A stretch of DNA of 64,000 bases from positions 1 through 64,000 of IMG/VR virus record IMGVR_UViG_3300050821_008578. One strand, 5' to 3'. The notes beneath the pieces are model-generated. The model saw only the letters and a program-made list of their open reading frames with translations. It did not search any database and had not been told where the DNA came from. Of this stretch, positions 9,756 through 18,648 are shown in pieces. Position 1 is the stretch's first letter. Every line of letters begins with the position of its first letter. Origin of the DNA: a virus. Position numbers and translations under genes: made by a program.

Positions 9756-10604
9756 ATGAAAGTAGAACATAAAAATTCTGAATTTCAATCAGTAAACAAA
9801 TCATCTTCAAAAGAATTTCTACCTGAAGTTAAAATGAAGGTTAATGGGTTACCTTCACGTGGTATTCCTTATCCTAATGGTGCATCAATTAAACATAGAC
9901 CATTTACTTTTGGTGAAATTAAAAAGATTAGTCAATCTAAATTAGATACTAAAGAAAAATTTGAATTTATTCTATCTGGGATAGATTGTTCATTTGATAA
10001 GCTTGATCTCACTCTACCAGATTTTATGTATATTGGATTACTTCGTAAGATTTCTACTTTAGGTACAACTGAAGGTATTTTGGTAGTTAAATGCCCTAAA
10101 TGTAATAAAGAACATAATGAAAGATTAGAAATAGGTTCTGCCAAAAGTAAAATAGACTTTCATGATATGAAAGCACCAGCACTACCAATTATTATTGAAA
10201 TGAGTGATAAAAAAGAATATCATTTTAATCCTATTACTATCAGAACATTATTTAAACTTATTGATGAAAATAGTAATGTTAATGATCCTATTACTTTAAT
10301 GGCAGCACAATGTTCTAAAATTAAAGAAGGTAAAACAGAAAGAATTCCTACTATTGAAGAAATGTATAAAAGAATTGAAGAAGTAATGCCAGATGATGGA
10401 TTATTATTAGCTGAAGTGGATGAATATTTAGCTCATAGTATTAAACCATTAGAAATAATTTGTAAAAATCAATTAAATGAAATTATTTGTGGTCAACGAA
10501 TGTTAGTTGAATTAGATGGAGGTGATGCTCTTTTGCTACCCTTTCGTGGAGATCAAGAGTCTCTTAAACGTAGAATTCGGTTTGGCACTCAAAAACATAA
10601 TTAA
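9756..10604 (+). CDS. Tail/baseplate hub assembly chaperone (gp26-like)
   Basis: LPSRGIPY, HRPFTFGEIK and CPKC motifs; directly upstream of tape measure. Confidence 0.75.
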   Translation: MKVEHKNSEFQSVNKSSSKEFLPEVKMKVNGLPSRGIPYPNGASIKHRPFTFGEIKKISQSKLDTKEKFEFILSGIDCSFDKLDLTLPDFMYIGLLRKISTLGTTEGILVVKCPKCNKEHNERLEIGSAKSKIDFHDMKAPALPIIIEMSDKKEYHFNPITIRTLFKLIDENSNVNDPITLMAAQCSKIKEGKTERIPTIEEMYKRIEEVMPDDGLLLAEVDEYLAHSIKPLEIICKNQLNEIICGQRMLVELDGGDALLLPFRGDQESLKRRIRFGTQKHN

Positions 10605-10692
10605 TTGTTATGATATTAATTTTATGGATTTTGGTGAAGTAAAATTTTTAAATGAAAGATTAATGAAACACTTACAAGGACATTTGGAATAA
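10543..10692 (+). CDS. +1-frame extension of the chaperone (gp51/GT-like), probably reached by frameshift
   Basis: Open frame FVEIKSLLNVEFGLALKNIINCYDINFMDFGEVKFLNERLMKHLQGHLE*, ending 1 nt before the tape-measure ATG; begins at CCC TTT CGT. Confidence 0.6.
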   Translation, partial: FVEIKSLLNVEFGLALKNIINCYDINFMDFGEVKFLNERLMKHLQGHLE

Positions 10693-12654
10693 ATGGAAGA
10701 TGATTCTAATCTACCTAGTAGATTAACTCCTAATCAGCTTAAAGCATTAGCTTTTGAAAAAGCTCAAGGAGGAACATCATTTAAAGATGTAAAAAGTAGA
10801 AAAGATCAAGGTAAAATTGAAACTTTATCTCGTAAATTAAAAGCTGATGATAAGAAAATAAATGATATAGATACTGATGTAAAAGAATTTACTAATAAAC
10901 CAATCAAACAAAATAAACAAGCTGGTACTGTTTTAACTATTCCTCCTAGTGAATATAAACCAGGACAATATAAACAAAAACCTATTTTAAATTATATAAA
11001 TAAATTGAGAGAAAAAATATTTGGATCTAAAAGAGGAACTCAAGAAGAAAATGAACTAAGAAAAGATCTAATTAAGGTTGGTACCCAAACTGTTATTGTT
11101 AATAAATTATTAGAAACAAATACAGAAACACTTCATGAAGTAGCTAAAAAAGATATTGAATTAGCTAAATTATTAAAAAGACTAGGTGATTCTCGTAATG
11201 CAGAATTGTCTAAAAAGGTTGAATCAGGACAAGAAATCTTTCCAGAAGAGGCTGGAGAAATAGTTGGTCATTTAGAAGATGTGGCTTATGGATTAGATAA
11301 TGTAGGAGTAGCATTAAAATTAGAAATTCCAGATGTTATTCAAACAGTTCAAGATTTATTAAATAATAATAAATTGGATATAGATACAAGAAGACAGTAT
11401 TTTGCTGATCTAGCTAAAGTATTATCTTCGGAAGATGTTAATATTGATCCTAAATTACTTGAAGATATTAAAAATATTAATATTAAAGCTACTAATTTTA
11501 CTGAAAAAGAATTAGAATCATTAAATTCTATTTTAGATACTTTGAAAGCAACTTCTACTGGCGAAAAGATTTATGGTTCTATTAAAGATTTGAAAAAACA
11601 ATTAGGTACAATTATATTAAATCAAGAAGAACTACATGAATTTCAAGAACAAGAAGGAGCTAAAAAATTAACATCTAAAGGTCTTGGGGCTATACCTGAA
11701 CAAGTTAAAAGTGGGTTACTTAATTCATTATTTGCCTCTTTAGGTCTTCCAGGATTAGGATCTTTATTAGGTGCTTTAGGTGTTGATGCTGTGGGATTAG
11801 CCACTAAAGGAATTGGTGCTATTTCTAGTTTACCAAAATTTTTAAAAGGTGTTGTGGGTAGTGGTGAATCTACTAGTTTGGGTGGGGGATTTTTATCAGG
11901 AGCTATTGAAAGTATACAAGGTATTTTAACTAAAGTTGCTCAAACATTTACTGAAGTAATCGCTCCAGTAGTTGTATTTGCAAGTGCTATTTCTGGTGCT
12001 GTTACAGGTATAATGGAAACAATGGATGAATGGAAAAACTTTTTTTCTGGATTATGGGATTTAGGTAAATCATTCGTTGGTTTAATAAGCAGATTAGTTG
12101 GTAATTTAGAAGATGCAGTACCAATATTAAAACCAATTATTGAAGGATTAAAAGATTTTGCTAGTTTTATATTTAAATTACCTGTTACTTTAGTTAAAAT
12201 GATATTTGAAGGATTTAAAAATATTTTTGGTTGGTTAGGAATAGGTGCTGGTGGTTTAGGTGATTTATTTAAATCTGGTGCTAAATTTTTAGATACTATA
12301 GGTGTAAGTGGTAATACTGATATTACTAATACAGGTGATACAATAGGTATGAATATGGCTATTCCTACATCAAATGCTGCTGTATCACCATTAGCATATA
12401 ATATGCCTGTTCAAACTATGGGTGCTGTGAATCCTTCTATTCCATCAATGGATACTTCTGCTTCAGCAACTGTTAGTAAATTAGATAATATGTCTATGGT
12501 AAATCAAGCTAAAATTGCAGATAATTCAGGAAAACAAATCACAGTACCAGTAATAATTCCACAAGATAAGAAAACCAATCAGCCAGCAAATCGTCAACAT
12601 GGGGTTGATGATCTTTCTACTGCTATGATGAATAATGGATTGATAAATCAATAA
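10693..12654 (+). CDS. Tape measure protein
   Basis: Long helical protein with Gly/Ala-rich hydrophobic segment and W/F-periodic region; follows the chaperone. Confidence 0.7.
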   Translation: MEDDSNLPSRLTPNQLKALAFEKAQGGTSFKDVKSRKDQGKIETLSRKLKADDKKINDIDTDVKEFTNKPIKQNKQAGTVLTIPPSEYKPGQYKQKPILNYINKLREKIFGSKRGTQEENELRKDLIKVGTQTVIVNKLLETNTETLHEVAKKDIELAKLLKRLGDSRNAELSKKVESGQEIFPEEAGEIVGHLEDVAYGLDNVGVALKLEIPDVIQTVQDLLNNNKLDIDTRRQYFADLAKVLSSEDVNIDPKLLEDIKNINIKATNFTEKELESLNSILDTLKATSTGEKIYGSIKDLKKQLGTIILNQEELHEFQEQEGAKKLTSKGLGAIPEQVKSGLLNSLFASLGLPGLGSLLGALGVDAVGLATKGIGAISSLPKFLKGVVGSGESTSLGGGFLSGAIESIQGILTKVAQTFTEVIAPVVVFASAISGAVTGIMETMDEWKNFFSGLWDLGKSFVGLISRLVGNLEDAVPILKPIIEGLKDFASFIFKLPVTLVKMIFEGFKNIFGWLGIGAGGLGDLFKSGAKFLDTIGVSGNTDITNTGDTIGMNMAIPTSNAAVSPLAYNMPVQTMGAVNPSIPSMDTSASATVSKLDNMSMVNQAKIADNSGKQITVPVIIPQDKKTNQPANRQHGVDDLSTAMMNNGLINQ

Positions 12655-12655
12655 T

Positions 12656-13444
12656 ATGGCAACACCACATATAAACTATAATGATCTCTTTGGTCCAGAT
12701 GCTATAAATTCTAGAATTACTATTCTAGGATTATCTGGTGGTCCAGTTGTTGGTATTATAAGTCAAGATTTTACATTTTCTGCTAGCAATTCATTTGGAA
12801 CTCCATTAGATAATTCAGCTCAAAATGCTCTTAGTGATACTTTAATGGGTGCACAAGCATTATCAGGTAATGTGGCTGCAAGAGCAGGATATAAAGGTGG
12901 TTCTTTAACAAAACCATTTACATTAAGAACTATTGAACAATCTATTAAAACTTGGACAGGTTCAGATACACCTGTATTTAATATATTATTAAGAATAAAT
13001 GCAATTAATGAAGATGATGATGTTAGAGAAGATGTAGCTTCATTACTATCTGCAGTAGCACCAGGTTCTCTTAATGCCCAAGGTGTATCTAGAAATCTAA
13101 ATCAAATTGCAGCTAATTCTAATAGTGGTATAACTCAAGCAGTTACTAGTACTGCAGCTAGTGCTATTGGTCAAGTTCCTTCATCACAATTTTTAACTCC
13201 ACCATTAAATTATTTACCATTAGGATTAGCATCTCAAGGCACATTAACTATTAGTATTGGTAGATGGTTTAAAGCTCATGGACAAGTCATGATGTCTGTT
13301 ACTCCCACCTTTTCTAGAGAAACTATTCAAAGTGGTGCACCATTATTTTGTGATGTATCAATATCATTTACCCCTTATAGAATAATAACTGCTAGTGAAT
13401 TAATGGCTTATATCAGTACACCTTTAGCTCCGGTGGTAGGATGA
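12656..13444 (+). CDS. Baseplate/tube-initiator protein
   Basis: Synteny after TMP; C-terminal FSRETIQSGAPLFCDVSISF. Confidence 0.5.
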   Translation: MATPHINYNDLFGPDAINSRITILGLSGGPVVGIISQDFTFSASNSFGTPLDNSAQNALSDTLMGAQALSGNVAARAGYKGGSLTKPFTLRTIEQSIKTWTGSDTPVFNILLRINAINEDDDVREDVASLLSAVAPGSLNAQGVSRNLNQIAANSNSGITQAVTSTAASAIGQVPSSQFLTPPLNYLPLGLASQGTLTISIGRWFKAHGQVMMSVTPTFSRETIQSGAPLFCDVSISFTPYRIITASELMAYISTPLAPVVG

Positions 13445-13800
13445 GTTATTTTTTTATAAATTTAAATTATGTTCCAATTTCTGAGAGATTTGATCTTGCT
13501 AGATTTATGAATTATACTGATAATTTTGATCCTTTGACTCCAGCTTTCTTTCCACAGTTATCTTCATTAACAGTTCAAGGTACTTATATAGTTCAATTTG
13601 AAGTTAGTAGGCCTGATCTTCTTAGTTATACTATTTATCAAGATACACAGTATTGGTGGATAATAATGTTATTCAATGGTTTAACAGATGCTGATGAAGT
13701 AGTAGAAGGATTATCTATTTCTTTTCCTGGTGTAGATCAAATTGAAGATTTATTATTTTCATTACAGGCTCAACAAATAGCAAATGGATCAGGATCATAA
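13441..13800 (+). CDS. Baseplate wedge protein (gp53/LysM-like)
   Basis: RPDLLSYTIYQDTQYWWIIMLFN motif. Confidence 0.8.
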   Translation: MSYFFINLNYVPISERFDLARFMNYTDNFDPLTPAFFPQLSSLTVQGTYIVQFEVSRPDLLSYTIYQDTQYWWIIMLFNGLTDADEVVEGLSISFPGVDQIEDLLFSLQAQQIANGSGS

Positions 13801-14934
13801 ATGTCTATAGGAGTTGTTGGGGCTTATTTATTTAAATTTTCATTAAATAATAATAATGACTTCATTGATGAACCTGATTTAATAAGTTTCAGTATTCATG
13901 AACAAGCAGGTAATTTATTACCTACATTTGAATTAAATTTTTTAACTGATGATGAAACAATATTTCCATTATTAAATGAGGGAAATGATTTACAAGTTTC
14001 ATTTGGTAGTGGTTATAATGATTTAGTTACAATACCTTTAGCAACTAGTAAAGTACAATCAGTTCCATCGGGTTCAGCTAAAAGACAAATAACGGTAATG
14101 GGGTTATATTCAGCTATTCCATATATAACTAATCCTAATATGCAAATAACAAATGTTCAATCAGGCATATCTACTATAATTCAAATTGCAGGAAAAAGTT
14201 TTAATGTTCAATCAAATATTCAATCTTCTACAGATAGTCAATCATGGATTCAACATACACAATCTGATAAATCTTTTATTGATGATATATGGTTACATTG
14301 TAATTTACCTAATTCTTTTCCAGCACTTGGTATAAGTTCTCAAGGTAATTTTATTTTAAAAGATATTAAAACAGATTTGAAAAATCCATATAGATATAGA
14401 TTTACTCAAATAGTTAAAAATTCTAATGATATTTATTTTGATGGTGATCCTGTTTTAACTTCAAATACAGGATTTATAAATAGTTGGGTTGGGTATGGAA
14501 GAGAAAAAATAATTCAGAATGTAGATAAGGGTACTGATTCCACTGAACAAGTTATTCCAAAACCAGTTATGGCACTTACTTCTCAATTAGCTAAAGCTGC
14601 AGGAATTAATTCGGTATTTGATGGAATTGGTATTCAAAATAGTAATATAGATACAAATTATTGGAATTCTTATTTAAATAATTTAACATACTTAGGTATG
14701 TTTGGTGCATTAGATGTTACAGTTAGTTTTCAAAATAAATTTATACCAATTCAAATATTAGATCAAATTAATTTTAAAGATCAAAAAATAGATCAACAAT
14801 ATCCAACAACAAGTGATTATAACACCGGAATTTATTACGTTTCTAAAATAAGTAGAAATGTTGGTAATAAAGCATTTAATACTGTAGTTAGTTTTTCAAG
14901 AGAATCTTTTAATGGAATACAAGTTGGTTTATAA
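13801..14934 (+). CDS. Baseplate hub protein (gp27-like)
   Basis: Size and position before the spike; C-terminal TGIYYVSKISR. Confidence 0.6.
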   Translation: MSIGVVGAYLFKFSLNNNNDFIDEPDLISFSIHEQAGNLLPTFELNFLTDDETIFPLLNEGNDLQVSFGSGYNDLVTIPLATSKVQSVPSGSAKRQITVMGLYSAIPYITNPNMQITNVQSGISTIIQIAGKSFNVQSNIQSSTDSQSWIQHTQSDKSFIDDIWLHCNLPNSFPALGISSQGNFILKDIKTDLKNPYRYRFTQIVKNSNDIYFDGDPVLTSNTGFINSWVGYGREKIIQNVDKGTDSTEQVIPKPVMALTSQLAKAAGINSVFDGIGIQNSNIDTNYWNSYLNNLTYLGMFGALDVTVSFQNKFIPIQILDQINFKDQKIDQQYPTTSDYNTGIYYVSKISRNVGNKAFNTVVSFSRESFNGIQVGL

Positions 14935-16169
14935 TGTTAATTAATTTTTCAAATTATTTGAAAAAAACAAATGCATTACAACGTGACTATAGAGGTATAG
15001 TAGTTAATAATATTGATCCATTAAAAATTGGTAGAATTCAAGTTAATTTACCTAATTTTATAGAAGGAACTCAATCTGCTAATGGGTCATGGAATTTACC
15101 TTGGGTGTATCAAAAATCACCTTCTATGTTAGGTGGTTCAGGTAATTCATCTTCTTTTGCTGTACCTGAAATTGGTAATGAAGTATTTGTTGAATTTAAG
15201 GGTGATGTTTATGCCATGTTTTATTCTTATTATTGGCAATCTAGTACAACACATCAAGCTGACTTTGATGAAGACTATCCAGCTAGTTATGGATTTAGAG
15301 ATGTAACTGGTAATTTATTTAAAATAAATAAAGCCAAACAATTTATGCAATTTATTCATTCTAGTGGATTGCAATGGTTAGTTGATTCATTATCTAATGG
15401 TACTTTAACTTCTAATAATACATTAAATTTTTTAGCTCAAGATGGTAAAACCCAATTCACTATGGATATGGTGAATGGTAATATAACTTTAAATGCTAGA
15501 AATTCAATTACACTTAATGCACCCACTTTAAATCAAAATATTAGTACAGTTACTGGTAATCAAGGTAATCATAATGATACAGTTGGTGGGTATAGAAATA
15601 GCCAAATATATGGGTCTTATATACGATCTATTGGTGGTGATGATGGAGAATCTATTCTTGGAAATAGATCATCTACAGTAGTTTTAGATGATACTGAATT
15701 AATTGGTGGTAATAGTGATTCTACTTATGGTACTGGTAGAAGTGAGACAGTAGTTGAAGGAAATTATAATACTAGTTTGGAAGCTGGTAATAGAGATGTA
15801 ACAATATTGTTAGGTAATTATAAAGTTAGTTTAACATCTGGTTCTATCACAATTGAAAATGCTATATCTACTCTTAGTATGGATATTACTGGTGATATTG
15901 AATTAAGTAATGCTACTTCAGAATTATCTATTAGTAGTGTTGGAGATGTTAAATTAGAGAATGAAACTTCTTCCTTGGAGTTATCTGTATCAGGTGATAT
16001 TAAATTAAAAAATGCAGTTGGTGATATTGATATTTCTCCAGCTGGTATTATTACATTAAATTCAAGTACTTTTTCTCCTGGTAATGTTTTAACTACCACT
16101 TCTGATCCAGTAGTGGATCTTATAACAGGTGTGCCTACAGTAGGTGTACCTGGAGTATTTGCACAATAA
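14934..16169 (+). CDS. Baseplate central spike (gp5/VgrG OB-fold plus beta-helix)
   Basis: YRGIVVNNIDPLKIGRIQV, LPW and VPEIGNEVFVEF; repetitive beta-helical C-terminus. Confidence 0.85.
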   Translation: MLINFSNYLKKTNALQRDYRGIVVNNIDPLKIGRIQVNLPNFIEGTQSANGSWNLPWVYQKSPSMLGGSGNSSSFAVPEIGNEVFVEFKGDVYAMFYSYYWQSSTTHQADFDEDYPASYGFRDVTGNLFKINKAKQFMQFIHSSGLQWLVDSLSNGTLTSNNTLNFLAQDGKTQFTMDMVNGNITLNARNSITLNAPTLNQNISTVTGNQGNHNDTVGGYRNSQIYGSYIRSIGGDDGESILGNRSSTVVLDDTELIGGNSDSTYGTGRSETVVEGNYNTSLEAGNRDVTILLGNYKVSLTSGSITIENAISTLSMDITGDIELSNATSELSISSVGDVKLENETSSLELSVSGDIKLKNAVGDIDISPAGIITLNSSTFSPGNVLTTTSDPVVDLITGVPTVGVPGVFAQ

Positions 16170-16179
16170 GGATAATTAT

Positions 16180-16533
16180 ATGCCTGTTTTTTGGAAATGT
16201 TCTGGGTGTTCTAGTCATGGTCATGTTAGTCCTACTACTAAACAGGTATTTGAGGATAAACAAGTTATTACTGGTAAAGATGAAAAGGGTGATCCAATAA
16301 TTGAAACTCGTAAAATGCCAAAATTAACAACACGTAAAAGACAGAATCCTAATGGTACTGTTTCTGATGTTAATATTCAAGAAGTAGAAGATGTTGAACC
16401 AAGAATATTTATAGTTAGATTAGCAATTGGTGAAGAAATAATTCAACGTGATCTTTGTAAAACTTGTTTTGATGAATTGAAACCTAAATTACAAAAAATG
16501 TGGAAACAATTAGAAAGTATTAAAAATGCTTAG
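16180..16533 (+). CDS. Zn-ribbon hypothetical protein
   Basis: CSGC...CKTC; AAGGA SD before ATG 16180. Confidence 0.6.
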   Translation: MPVFWKCSGCSSHGHVSPTTKQVFEDKQVITGKDEKGDPIIETRKMPKLTTRKRQNPNGTVSDVNIQEVEDVEPRIFIVRLAIGEEIIQRDLCKTCFDELKPKLQKMWKQLESIKNA

Positions 16534-17122
16534 TGGTCCTAGATTTTCTAATACATTATTTGGTATAATGACATCAATGGGGTTTATTGGTACTAAATTG
16601 ATGGAATTTACTAATGCAGTTGGTATTGGATCTGATAGTCATGTTTCTGGTAAATCATTTGTAACAATAGATACAGGATCAGTTCCTGGTAATGGAGTTG
16701 GTGTAGGAACAGGATTAACTGGTATTATTTCAACTACAACTGCTACTGATATATTTGCATTAGCTTCTAGTTTTGGATTTATTGGAACTAAATTATTTGA
16801 TACTTGCACAGCTATGGGTGAAGCAATAGTTACTGAAATGGGAAATGCATCTTTAAATTCTATCGATACTCCAGTATTTGTTGGTATAGGAATTATTACA
16901 CCTGGCTCTTTTACTGTTGATCCTACTTCATGGAGTTCTAGTGTTCAAAGTGAAGGAAGTAGTGAAGGTTTTATAGGTAGTAAATGGCCTGAATTTGCTA
17001 CAGCAATTGGTACAGGGTATTATCAAGGATTTCAAACAGCTACTGGTGAACTAACTATAACAGGATCACCTACAGGTATTCCTGCTCCTGGAACTGGTGC
17101 TGGTGTAGGAATAATAACTTAA
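16526..17122 (+). CDS. Gly-rich virion protein (spike-associated)
   Basis: Internal GFIG(T/S)K repeats; located in the baseplate cluster. Confidence 0.55.
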   Translation: MLSGPRFSNTLFGIMTSMGFIGTKLMEFTNAVGIGSDSHVSGKSFVTIDTGSVPGNGVGVGTGLTGIISTTTATDIFALASSFGFIGTKLFDTCTAMGEAIVTEMGNASLNSIDTPVFVGIGIITPGSFTVDPTSWSSSVQSEGSSEGFIGSKWPEFATAIGTGYYQGFQTATGELTITGSPTGIPAPGTGAGVGIIT

Positions 17123-17298
17123 TGGCAAAAGAAAATTGGATAATTCCTGAATTTAAACAATTAAAAGATATTACAGAAAATATTAATAAAAGTATTAAAG
17201 AACTTAGTGAAAAACAAAATCAAGAGTCAATAAAAAGTCTTGAAAAACTTAAAAAAGTAGCTGATAAAGCTAGAGAAATAAAGAATAGAAAGTTATAG
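17122..17298 (+). CDS. Small coiled-coil protein (58 aa, not in the ORF track)
   Basis: MAKENWIIPEFKQLK...NRKL*; TAATG-coupled and fills the gap exactly. Confidence 0.6.
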   Translation: MAKENWIIPEFKQLKDITENINKSIKELSEKQNQESIKSLEKLKKVADKAREIKNRKL

Positions 17299-17303
17299 AT
17301 CTT

Positions 17304-18242
17304 ATGTGGATACGTCGAGATATTGCTGCACCCATACCTGCTGGAATAGGGAGTTTAGCTAGTGAAGTAGGATCAGTACTTAGTACTGTTAATCCATTAC
17401 TTACAGCTGCAACTGCTGCTGTTAATGCTGCATCATTATTTTTTAATCCTACTACTAATCCATATTCTGCATTAGCTACAGGGTTATTAACTGAAGCACA
17501 AGTATTAAATAATGATATATTTTCAACTGGTATTTATGAATTATTTGTATCAGGTGATAATGTATCAGGAATTACTGCTCATGATCAATTTGGTATACCT
17601 CTATTAACACCCAGACAAGCTATTAATGCTGCTATTGGCTCTTTTAATGACTTAGGTGATGCAAATAGACCACAATTTAGTATTAATGCTGAAGTATGTG
17701 CATTAGGATTACTTGCTACTGCTCCTAGTTCAGCTCAATTTCTTACATTAGTTAATGGATTATTAAATATTTTTAATATACCTGATTTATCTAATTTTGC
17801 TGTTACTATTAAAAGAAGATCAACTCCTGCAGTACTTCAAGCAGTTCCACCACTTTGGAAGAATTTTAATTTAGCTTCAATTGGTAATTTAAATACAGCT
17901 CAATCAGCAGTAAATAGTGCTATTACAACTGCTCTTGGATATTCATTAGATGCAAGTGCTGCTATTCAAAATTTAAAAAATGTTATTAGTGGTAAACAAG
18001 CACAATTAACTACATTGGAAACCAATTTAAATAATTTAGCCACTAATCTTCAATCTTTTACTGGATTATATACATTGAATGTCCCTCCAGCAGTAGGTGG
18101 TAATGCATTAATTCAGGCTGCGTTACTTGATTGTCCTTTAGAATTATCTACTAATCAATATACAATAATAGTTCTTTTTGTTGGTGGTAGTGTAGGTGGC
18201 ACATTAGAAACAGTTAATGCTTTTAGACAAATGGTACTTTAG
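17304..18242 (+). CDS. Hypothetical baseplate-region protein
   Basis: Ala-rich ORF; SFNDLGDANRPQF. Confidence 0.55.
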   Translation: MWIRRDIAAPIPAGIGSLASEVGSVLSTVNPLLTAATAAVNAASLFFNPTTNPYSALATGLLTEAQVLNNDIFSTGIYELFVSGDNVSGITAHDQFGIPLLTPRQAINAAIGSFNDLGDANRPQFSINAEVCALGLLATAPSSAQFLTLVNGLLNIFNIPDLSNFAVTIKRRSTPAVLQAVPPLWKNFNLASIGNLNTAQSAVNSAITTALGYSLDASAAIQNLKNVISGKQAQLTTLETNLNNLATNLQSFTGLYTLNVPPAVGGNALIQAALLDCPLELSTNQYTIIVLFVGGSVGGTLETVNAFRQMVL

Positions 18243-18259
18243 AAAGGTAGGATAAGAAA

Positions 18260-18631
18260 ATTTCAATTTATTCGGATCTTAACCTATTAAATCCACAAAA
18301 TAGTGCATTAGTATTAGATATAGCAGATATATATCAAAGTCTATATGTTTTATTTAGCACTGGTCCTAATCAACGTCTTTTTCTACCTCAATATAGTTTA
18401 AATATTGAGGAAAATGTTTTTGATTTAATTAATGATATTACTGCATTAGATATTGAAAAGAATATAATTGATGCCATTACTAGATGGGAAGCAAGAGTTA
18501 TTTTAGATTCTAGTAGAACATCTGTTACTCCAGATTATGATAATAATGCTTATAATGTAGTTATTGCATTTGCTATTCAAGGTGTTAATTCTAATAGTCA
18601 ATTTACTTATCAAATGTCCTTTACTCAATAA
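18260..18631 (+). CDS. Baseplate wedge/sheath initiator gp25-like, ATT start (missing from the ORF track)
   Basis: ISIYSDLN...STGPNQRLFLPQY...IDAITRWEARV; AGGA SD 7 nt upstream of ATT; in-frame TAG at 18248. Confidence 0.8.
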   Translation: MSIYSDLNLLNPQNSALVLDIADIYQSLYVLFSTGPNQRLFLPQYSLNIEENVFDLINDITALDIEKNIIDAITRWEARVILDSSRTSVTPDYDNNAYNVVIAFAIQGVNSNSQFTYQMSFTQ

Positions 18632-18648
18632 AAGTTAAGGGGTTTTAA

